Below, one piece after another: positions 48,449-55,988 of a stretch of 64,000 nt of DNA. The stretch lies in IMG/VR virus record IMGVR_UViG_3300035516_000805; one strand, 5' to 3'. How positions within the stretch are numbered: the stretch's first letter is position 1; every line of letters starts with the position of its first letter. Below the pieces are notes generated by a model, which worked only from the letters and a program-made list of their open reading frames with translations, did no database searches and had not been told where the DNA came from. The position numbers were made by a program, and so were the translations under genes. The DNA is from a virus. Taxonomy: Duplodnaviria > Heunggongvirae > Uroviricota > Caudoviricetes.

Positions 48449-49180
48449 ATGTTATCAGCAGAGAAATTAACAAACGTTGAATTTAGTTCAACAAAGACAG
48501 AAGAAGGATTACCACAGTATATGAGGATTTCTTTTGAAAGTGGTAAACAGACAACGGTTTCCTTACAGAATGATAAGTTTGGTCAGAATAAGAAGATTTA
48601 TGACAGACTTAAGAATTATAAGGATGGCAGCAAGTTTCCTGTAATTGTAAAGGAAAATGTTTTAACCAGAGATGGACAGGAATTGAAGTTTTTGAATAGT
48701 ATTAAGCCTTATTCCGGTCAGATGCTTGAGTGTGAGCAGCAGAATTTTCATGGAGTAAAGGTTCCAATTCCAAAGGAAGCTGCTATTTTAGGTAAGATTG
48801 TGGAAAATGAAGATAAGACGGCTCTTATAATCAGAACAACCTTTTATAACGCAAAGGAAAAGAAGAATGAAAAAGCAGATATTCCATTTACTGTTGTCAA
48901 TGAAGGTAAAAATATTACCATTACAGCCGATATTGGAGCTGATATGATTGGACATGATGTATGTGTTATCGTTCCGGTTGATAAGTGTACTATGATTGGC
49001 GACCAGATTGTAGAAAAGAGAGTTACGGCGATTGACGGTATCGACTCATCTCTTGAAATGGAAGACCTTGGTAAGACAGAAAGAGCATCATTTGATTTTA
49101 TTTCTGCAAATAATTATCGTGAACAGGCTGCGGAAAAGACGGAACCGGATTCTCCCAGTCAGGATGAACCAGAAAAGTAA
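48449..49180 (+). CDS. hypothetical protein
   Basis: ATG after GGAGG RBS; the track's alternative start is 48404; followed by terminator. Confidence 0.55.
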   Translation: MLSAEKLTNVEFSSTKTEEGLPQYMRISFESGKQTTVSLQNDKFGQNKKIYDRLKNYKDGSKFPVIVKENVLTRDGQELKFLNSIKPYSGQMLECEQQNFHGVKVPIPKEAAILGKIVENEDKTALIIRTTFYNAKEKKNEKADIPFTVVNEGKNITITADIGADMIGHDVCVIVPVDKCTMIGDQIVEKRVTAIDGIDSSLEMEDLGKTERASFDFISANNYREQAAEKTEPDSPSQDEPEK

Positions 49181-49217
49181 TTAAGATGGAAGTTCTTTTA
49201 GAACTATAAATAAAAAA

Positions 49218-49256
49218 AAGACATCTAAGTTATTAGCTAAGATGTCTTTTTTATTT
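49218..49256 (+). terminator. intrinsic terminator
   Basis: agacatcttagc...gctaagatgtct hairpin followed by tttttt. Confidence 0.75.
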
Positions 49257-49260
49257 ACTA

Positions 49261-49290
49261 TTGAAATTATTAGTAATACAATGTCATATT
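49261..49290 (+). promoter_or_regulatory. class I promoter/operator
   Basis: ttgaaattattagtaatacaatgtcatatt. Confidence 0.5.
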
Positions 49291-49315
49291 AAAAGTGAAA
49301 TAAAAATGGTAACAA

Positions 49316-49328
49316 TTTACATTATTTA
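49316..49328 (+). promoter_or_regulatory. class II motif
   Basis: caatttacattatttatatataaaaat. Confidence 0.4.
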
Positions 49329-49358
49329 TATATAAAAATAATATAAGGAGACTTTATT

Positions 49359-49802
49359 ATGGCAGAAAATATTAAAAATAAGAAAAATTATATGGAATTT
49401 TCATTTCGACTGACACCTTTAAAGAATAAGGCAGATGGACAGTATTATGTTAATTATAGAGATTTTGCATTTGCTATTTATTTTAAACAGCCAATGGAAT
49501 TAAAAAGACAGTTAAACTTTATTTGTCCCGGTTTAGTACTGCAGGGTACAAAAGAAAATAAATATAAAGAAACAATGTATATTCGTGAAAAGGGAGAACG
49601 AGGAGATGTACCTTATTATAATATTGCAAAGTTATATGAGGTATTTTCATCTTCAAAGTCTAACTTATTAAAGTCAAACTCAAAGACGGTAAAAGAATAT
49701 CATAATAAGAAAACCTGCTATGATGTGGATGCAGTAAGAGCTTTTTTAAGATTTGTTGAAGAAAATTATTCAGAATATATTAGTGAAAGAGAAGAGAGAT
49801 AA
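49359..49802 (+). CDS. hypothetical protein
   Basis: Translationally coupled to the phosphatase gene. Confidence 0.5.
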   Translation: MAENIKNKKNYMEFSFRLTPLKNKADGQYYVNYRDFAFAIYFKQPMELKRQLNFICPGLVLQGTKENKYKETMYIREKGERGDVPYYNIAKLYEVFSSSKSNLLKSNSKTVKEYHNKKTCYDVDAVRAFLRFVEENYSEYISEREER

Positions 49803-50711
49803 ATGGTATATGTATGCAGCGATATTCACGGTCATTATGAAACTTTTCTTAAAATGTTAGAAATTTTAAATTTAAAGAAAAAGGATAAACTTTACATTTT
49901 AGGAGATGTAATTGACAGAGGACCTGATGGAATTAAAATTTTAGAGTGGTGTATGGAAGATAATAATATTGAACTATTACTGGGAAACCATGAAATTTTT
50001 TTGATAGATTATCTGACAAATCTTTTAAAGGAAAATCATTCAGAGAAGAATTTTAATGAAATTTTTAATATATTTGACTTTAGAAGGTTAAACGGAGATT
50101 GGATATATAATGGTGGAATGGAAACATTTTATGGCTTACAAGAGCTTTCACTTGATAAAATACACCAGTTATATGAATATCTCTTGGATTTACCTTTTAT
50201 GAAAATTATTACGGTAAACGGAAAACGTTTTTATCTGACACATTCAATACCTTTTAATGAATCTTTGATGGGAAGTGAACCTTTTCATTTAAATAATACA
50301 GTTATCACTATGAGGGAATGTTTAAAAGATAAAAATTTAAGGTTTTACTATGAAAATTCACTCTGGTATAGGATAAATGACCCGGAAAATATAGTTTTAA
50401 AAGGTGCAGATACCTTAATTAGTGGACATACGCCGGTTCCATTATTAATAAGTAGAAACTATCCTAGTTTAACTATAGAGGATATATTAGTATTGATTCA
50501 TAAAAAAACAGGAGAAAAAATTTCTCAATCAGACATTTTTAATTATGAACCGGATGAGCTTTCAAATACAATCAAAATTTTTCATAATCAGAAGAAAACG
50601 TATTATGATATTGACTGTGGAATGGCAATGGCAAGCAATCTTTCATCCATAGGTGTCTTAGAATTAGAGACTGGAAAAGAACAATATGTTAAATTAACCA
50701 CTTTTATGTAA
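49803..50711 (+). CDS. PPP-family Ser/Thr protein phosphatase / metallophosphoesterase
   Basis: DIHG, GDVIDRGPDG, GNHE motifs (lambda PPase/PrpE-like). Confidence 0.8.
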   Translation: MVYVCSDIHGHYETFLKMLEILNLKKKDKLYILGDVIDRGPDGIKILEWCMEDNNIELLLGNHEIFLIDYLTNLLKENHSEKNFNEIFNIFDFRRLNGDWIYNGGMETFYGLQELSLDKIHQLYEYLLDLPFMKIITVNGKRFYLTHSIPFNESLMGSEPFHLNNTVITMRECLKDKNLRFYYENSLWYRINDPENIVLKGADTLISGHTPVPLLISRNYPSLTIEDILVLIHKKTGEKISQSDIFNYEPDELSNTIKIFHNQKKTYYDIDCGMAMASNLSSIGVLELETGKEQYVKLTTFM

Positions 50712-50713
50712 AA

Positions 50714-50758
50714 GAAAAGAGGAATTCTTATTAAAATAAGAATTCCTCTTTTACTTTA
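50714..50758 (+). terminator. intrinsic terminator
   Basis: aagaggaattcttatt-aaaa-taagaattcctctt hairpin followed by ttactttaaa. Confidence 0.7.
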
Positions 50759-50879
50759 AATCTTAAAAAATCTTATTTTTATCATTTTTTTATTAAAAAT
50801 GAAAAATTCCATTTTACTACGAATTCTAAAGAATTTGTAGTTTTCATCAATTTTTTCATTAAAAATGAAAAATTTGATT

Positions 50880-50893
50880 TTACATTATTATAG
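50880..50893 (+). promoter_or_regulatory. class II motif
   Basis: gattttacattattatagtaaataaa. Confidence 0.45.
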
Positions 50894-50927
50894 TAAATAA
50901 AATTTTATATAGAAGGTAGGGATTAAT

Positions 50928-51128
50928 ATGTCTGAACGGGAGTATATTACCAAAAGAGATTTATCAACAATATTTGACCGAATTGATAATCAAACGCTTG
51001 ATTATATAGAAAGAGAACAATTCAGGGTTAAGAGGGTATTAAAAGAGTTGAATATGGATAGAATGGAAGCAATAAGAAATTACTATGCAAATACAGCCTT
51101 ACTTCAAAATGAAGGCTATAGCAGATAA
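50928..51128 (+). CDS. hypothetical protein
   Basis: RBS GGTAGGGA. Confidence 0.45.
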   Translation: MSEREYITKRDLSTIFDRIDNQTLDYIEREQFRVKRVLKELNMDRMEAIRNYYANTALLQNEGYSR

Positions 51129-51166
51129 CTATTTTAACTTTTTAAAAATTAAGGGAGGAACTAATT

Positions 51167-52687
51167 ATGGCAAAGACGGAAGATATGGTAAAACAATTAA
51201 GAGAAGTAGCAACAAATGTAGAAAAAAACTCAAGGTATTTAACAACAAGTATTGACAAAAGAAGAAAAGAATTAAATTATGAAATGGATAAATTGAGTAA
51301 AAATATACAAGACTATTCATCAAAATTAAAAGATTCTAAAGCTTTGCAAGCAGAACTAGAAGCTTTTAAAAAAGATGCCAGTATAGAAACACCTATTATA
51401 GATAGACTTGCAAAGGCTAGTAATATTGATGTTGATAAATTAAATCCACTTGAAAAGGTACATACTTACCATAAGATAGCAGAAAAAGAAATTAAAAAAT
51501 TAGATAGTCTTGCTTATAAGATAACACATTTAAAGCAATTTATTATTGATAAGGCAAATAAAGAATTATCAGACTGGCAAAATACGAACAAAAAAGATAA
51601 AACAATGTCTGTTAAAATATCAGAAATTATTCATGATATTTCTGTTAAACAAGATGTTAAAGACAGAGGAGAAGCTGCTTTAGAATCTATAGCATTAAGA
51701 GCTTTTAACTCAAATAATATGGTTGTGCGACAGGTTGTTGGTAATAATATTAATGAAATGTTAGATTATTCAGAAAAAATTAATAAAATTTTAGAGATAA
51801 CTGCCAAAGAAGCAGGAAAAGGTGAATATACTCCAAGAGAGTCTGACCTTTATACGGCAGCAGATAAAGGTTTTTCTCTTGTAGACTTAAATAAGATAAA
51901 AAAATCATTTACAAAGAATTTAAGAGATGCAGCTTATGATTTATCCGATTTAAAAGCTGAAAGAGCTAATCTTTCTCAGCAGATGAATGATATAATAAAA
52001 GCTGAAGCAGCTAAACCAATATATAATAATCAAAAATTTAGTGAGGCTGATGTAAAAGCCTATTTATCAAAGCATAACAGAGCTTTTAAAAATTTAGAGA
52101 AAAAAATAAATTCACTTGATGATGATATTTTATTGTCAGTACAGAACATTAATGATTTAACCCTTGAACTTGAATCAATTAAAGCACAAGAGTTAAATGC
52201 ATTAAATGAAACATTAAAAGATATGCATAATTATGATGTTGATATTTATGAACTTACTGACGAGAAAAATGAAGATACAAAAATTTTTAAAGAGGTCTTT
52301 GAGATTTTGTCAACTGCAACAGACACTCAGTCAAGAGATGACAGGTCACTACCTATAAAAGACAGTATTGCAACTACTTTTGGTTCAATTGTTCAAAGTA
52401 TAACAAATCTGAATATTGCTGATAATATTAAAAACTTTATTAAAAATGATGTTGCTCGTGCAGGTATTAAAAGTTTTAACGGATTACTTAATGTATCCGC
52501 AAAAATTAATAATAAGATAATTGAAAATGCACAGAAAAAGATTAATTACATTGAGTCACAGCAGGAAATTAATAAAGCTGCAATAGAAAAAATTAATGAA
52601 CAGCGTCAAAAGCGTGAAGAAATAGATAAGAATATGGATGACAAAGCTAAAGATAATAAAGCTAAAAATGGTGACGAAAGAGTTTAA
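51167..52687 (+). CDS. hypothetical coiled-coil protein
   Basis: 506 aa; RBS AAGGGAGG; heptad-rich, no NTPase motifs. Confidence 0.6.
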   Translation: MAKTEDMVKQLREVATNVEKNSRYLTTSIDKRRKELNYEMDKLSKNIQDYSSKLKDSKALQAELEAFKKDASIETPIIDRLAKASNIDVDKLNPLEKVHTYHKIAEKEIKKLDSLAYKITHLKQFIIDKANKELSDWQNTNKKDKTMSVKISEIIHDISVKQDVKDRGEAALESIALRAFNSNNMVVRQVVGNNINEMLDYSEKINKILEITAKEAGKGEYTPRESDLYTAADKGFSLVDLNKIKKSFTKNLRDAAYDLSDLKAERANLSQQMNDIIKAEAAKPIYNNQKFSEADVKAYLSKHNRAFKNLEKKINSLDDDILLSVQNINDLTLELESIKAQELNALNETLKDMHNYDVDIYELTDEKNEDTKIFKEVFEILSTATDTQSRDDRSLPIKDSIATTFGSIVQSITNLNIADNIKNFIKNDVARAGIKSFNGLLNVSAKINNKIIENAQKKINYIESQQEINKAAIEKINEQRQKREEIDKNMDDKAKDNKAKNGDERV

Positions 52688-52708
52688 ATTTACCGTAAAT
52701 TTAATAAA

Positions 52709-52755
52709 TTTTACATTATTAATAGTAGATAGAAAAATTTTCTATCTACTATTTT
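52709..52755 (+). promoter_or_regulatory. class II motif + hairpin
   Basis: aattttacattattaatagtagatagaaaaattttctatctactattttt. Confidence 0.5.
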
Positions 52756-52777
52756 TAGTTATACGAGGAACATATTT

Positions 52778-53086
52778 ATGATTAAGTTTAATTATACAAC
52801 AGAAAAAGAAGGCTTTCGCTTTGTATTTCATAAAGAACCAGACTTTGACAGTTCTGTTTTAGTTGAAGCTCAGTATTTTAATGAAGAAACAAGTAACAGT
52901 GCCGCAATTTTTATTTCAAAATGTCAGGACCAGTATTGTTATAAAATGATAAGTAACAACAATACGGAATCCGGATTATATAATGATTTATTTCAAAAGG
53001 ACTTAAATTTAAGTTCTAAAGAAGTATTATCTAAAAAAGATTTTATGCTTGAAATATATAATTATTTAAGAAACATAACTTTATAG
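52778..53086 (+). CDS. hypothetical protein
   Basis: RBS CGAGGAA. Confidence 0.5.
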   Translation: MIKFNYTTEKEGFRFVFHKEPDFDSSVLVEAQYFNEETSNSAAIFISKCQDQYCYKMISNNNTESGLYNDLFQKDLNLSSKEVLSKKDFMLEIYNYLRNITL

Positions 53087-53097
53087 GAGGCAGAATA

Positions 53098-53289
53098 ATG
53101 GATAATCGAAATCGTATGGATAGAGCTTTATTAGATAAAAACGGAAAAGGTTCAGGTGGACTTGGAGGCATTTCTTTACTTGAAAAGATACCGTGGCTTG
53201 AAGACCTTATTATGCAGCCTTGGTTTGCTTATATTTTAATAGGTTTAATTATAATATTAGCAATATTTGTGTTTGTTTTTCTTGTTTAG
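53098..53289 (+). CDS. small membrane protein (C-terminal TM; holin-like candidate)
   Basis: RBS GGAGG; C-terminal hydrophobic helix. Confidence 0.45.
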   Translation: MDNRNRMDRALLDKNGKGSGGLGGISLLEKIPWLEDLIMQPWFAYILIGLIIILAIFVFVFLV

Positions 53290-53321
53290 AAATTATAAAA
53301 AGTGAAAATAGGAGAAAATTT

Positions 53322-54125
53322 ATGGGGAAAAATAAAAAAGGTGTTTTTTATATATATTTTACAATCCTTTATTTTTTATTGTTATTTTTAGTTCTATTTC
53401 TTTTCTTTTGGATACTGTCACAGAAAAAAAATACATCTATCGGAGATTATCCGGATGACGATAAGGTTTATTACACCAATTCAGGTAGTAACTTAGAAGA
53501 GTTATTATCTGAATCAGTAATTGACAGAGCTACTAACTTAGATAGTAGTGCTTTTAGCACTACTGATTCAGATAATAACTCTGAAATCACTACTGTTCAA
53601 AATACAAAAGAAAAAGATAATTATTTATTAGTAATCGGTGACAGTAGAACTGTAGGAATGGAATTAACAGTAAATGAAAATGACAATATTCAATATATTG
53701 CTGTTCCCGGAGAAGGTTATAACTTATTAAAGGAAAACTTAGATAATATAAAAAACTTTTATCAGCAGTATGAAACAGACATAACTTCTGCCAAAATTGT
53801 ATGTAATTTGGGAGTAAATGATTTATCTCAGGTAAATACTTATAAAGAAACTTATGAAAATTTACTAAAAGAAGGTATTTTAATTGCTTTTATGACGGTA
53901 AATCCGGTAGAAGATTCATTGTCAGATTATACTTATACTGTTACAAATGAAGAAATAGATAATTTTAATGATATTATAAAGGCGTTGGACATAGAAGTTT
54001 TAGACACTAATAAATATTTAAAAGACATTTCTTTTGAAACCACAGATGGTTTACATTATACGGATGATACTTATAATAAATTATATCAATATTTGTGTGA
54101 ATATTATGAAATAACTGTTATTTAA
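53322..54125 (+). CDS. secreted/membrane-anchored SGNH (GDSL-like) hydrolase
   Basis: N-terminal TM helix; block I VIGDSRT, block III GVNDLS, block V DGLHYTDD; the linker contains an in-frame hairpin-repeat copy. Confidence 0.65.
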   Translation: MGKNKKGVFYIYFTILYFLLLFLVLFLFFWILSQKKNTSIGDYPDDDKVYYTNSGSNLEELLSESVIDRATNLDSSAFSTTDSDNNSEITTVQNTKEKDNYLLVIGDSRTVGMELTVNENDNIQYIAVPGEGYNLLKENLDNIKNFYQQYETDITSAKIVCNLGVNDLSQVNTYKETYENLLKEGILIAFMTVNPVEDSLSDYTYTVTNEEIDNFNDIIKALDIEVLDTNKYLKDISFETTDGLHYTDDTYNKLYQYLCEYYEITVI

Positions 54126-54168
54126 ACCACTTAATTTTACATAAGTGGCTTTTATTTTTTTTTAATAT
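54126..54168 (+). terminator. intrinsic terminator
   Basis: ccactta-attttaca-taagtgg hairpin followed by a long T run. Confidence 0.7.
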
Positions 54169-54195
54169 AATTTTTATTAAAATAAAAATTTCGAT

Positions 54196-54209
54196 TTTAC
54201 ATTATTTAT
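54196..54209 (+). promoter_or_regulatory. class II motif (upstream of sigma factor gene)
   Basis: gattttacattatttatataaataag. Confidence 0.45.
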
Positions 54210-54237
54210 ATAAATAAGAGAAAACGAGGTAATTTAT

Positions 54238-55266
54238 ATGAATAATGTAAATGAAACAATATTGAATGAAGATAAAATATTGGAAGAATATATTTTGGCA
54301 GAAAATGAAGATGCTTTATATAATAAAGAAACTGCCGTTCAAGACGCTGAAGATATAACAGACAATGAAATGTCATATGATAAAATGATGAAATATATTG
54401 CAAAATCGCAAAGAACAGGCAATTTAAAAGATAATTCAACATTGTTTCAGGAATATAATGATTTAATAAAAAATAATGCTGCACCGGAGGATATTAAGAA
54501 AAAGAAAGAAGAAATTTTAATCCGGAATTTAGGTTTAATTTCAACTGCTATAAAGCAATTAGGTTTAAGTAGTGTAAGTCGTAATGATAAAGCAGATTAT
54601 ATGCAGGAAGGCACATTTGGATTAATAACTGCCATTGATAAATTTGATAGTACAAAGAACGTTCAATTTTCTACTTATGCAATGATTTGGATTAAACATC
54701 ATATAACAAGATATATATATAACTGTAAAAACAGCATTAGAATTCCTGTTTGTAAAAGGCAGCATATCTTAAAAGTAAATAAGACTGTCCGTGAAATGGA
54801 AAAAGAAGGATGGAGTACTGAGGCAGCTTATAATGATATAGATGAACTTAAAAAGAGAACAGGATATAGTCAACAGATTATTGAATCTGCCATTGAAGGT
54901 ATGACAATGGCAGATAACAATGCCAGTTTGGATAAATCAACCAGTACAGACAACGAAGAACTTTCCATTGCCAGTGTAATTCCTTCTAATATAAACATTG
55001 AAAAAGATTATGTTAATTCTGTATATAATGAAAAAATTATGTCGCAATTAATGTCAGGATTAAAAGTAAGGGAAATAGACGTTATTAATTTACGTTTCGG
55101 TTTTACAGGGAATGGTTGTGAAACCTTAGAAAGTGTCGGACAGAAGTATGGTCTTTCCAGAGAACGTGTCCGTCAAATAGAATTAACGGCAATTAGAAAA
55201 ATGAAAGCAAATGCAGTTAAATATCATATTTCAAGATACGAAGTAGACGAAAGCTTAGAAAGATAA
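54238..55266 (+). CDS. sigma-70 family RNA polymerase sigma factor
   Basis: Region 2 DYMQEGTFGLITAIDKFD...FSTYAMIWIKHHI; region 4 HTH LESVGQKYGLSRERVRQIELTAIRKM. Confidence 0.8.
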   Translation: MNNVNETILNEDKILEEYILAENEDALYNKETAVQDAEDITDNEMSYDKMMKYIAKSQRTGNLKDNSTLFQEYNDLIKNNAAPEDIKKKKEEILIRNLGLISTAIKQLGLSSVSRNDKADYMQEGTFGLITAIDKFDSTKNVQFSTYAMIWIKHHITRYIYNCKNSIRIPVCKRQHILKVNKTVREMEKEGWSTEAAYNDIDELKKRTGYSQQIIESAIEGMTMADNNASLDKSTSTDNEELSIASVIPSNINIEKDYVNSVYNEKIMSQLMSGLKVREIDVINLRFGFTGNGCETLESVGQKYGLSRERVRQIELTAIRKMKANAVKYHISRYEVDESLER

Positions 55267-55360
55267 GGTGTATGTATGAATTATTATTTAGTAGATTGTG
55301 AAAACGTAGGAATAGATGGAGTTAAAAAGCTTATAGAAGGAAAAAAAAGTTAATAAAAAC

Positions 55361-55933
55361 TTGAAGGCTTCTACTTTAGATTCAATCATTATGTTTTATT
55401 CAGATAAATGTAAAAATATTACGCTTGATGTTATTGATAGTATAACAAAATTAGGATTTCAATTAACTGCATATAAAGTAACAGTCGAGACAAAGAACGC
55501 ACTTGACTTTCAATTATCTTCTTATCTGGGATTTTTAATCGGTAAAGGTGGAACAAATACTGATTATTATATTATATCGAATGATAAAGGATATGACTGT
55601 TTATCGAAATATTGGAAGGAACGTAATATCAAACTTACTAGGATATCAGTAGAAGAACCTTCCGCCAATAAAGCACCGGTAAAAGTAAATCCATCTTCTG
55701 AGTCAAATAAAAAGAAAAATAAAGTAAAATCAACTAATATTGCTACTTTAGATGAAATAAAAATGTTTTTATCTAAAGCAGATAATCCTGAATTTGTATT
55801 AACGATATTTAATCAATATAATAAAAAATGTGAAATTTGTAATGCTTTAAGCAAACATTTTAGAAATAATAAAAAGACAAGTGTTGTATATAAAAAATTG
55901 AAGCCTCTTTTAAAAGAGAAGAATAAAACTTGA
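55361..55933 (+). CDS. hypothetical protein (possibly fused to the 25-aa ORF 55276-55353 via an A8 tract)
   Basis: TTG-start ORF; a -1 shift in A8 (55341-55348) would join it to the upstream ORF MNYYLVDCENVGIDGVKKL. Confidence 0.5.
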   Translation: MKASTLDSIIMFYSDKCKNITLDVIDSITKLGFQLTAYKVTVETKNALDFQLSSYLGFLIGKGGTNTDYYIISNDKGYDCLSKYWKERNIKLTRISVEEPSANKAPVKVNPSSESNKKKNKVKSTNIATLDEIKMFLSKADNPEFVLTIFNQYNKKCEICNALSKHFRNNKKTSVVYKKLKPLLKEKNKT

Positions 55934-55988
55934 GATTAGCAATCCAATGGAATATAATATAATATATTATAGAAATATAGGTGATTAA

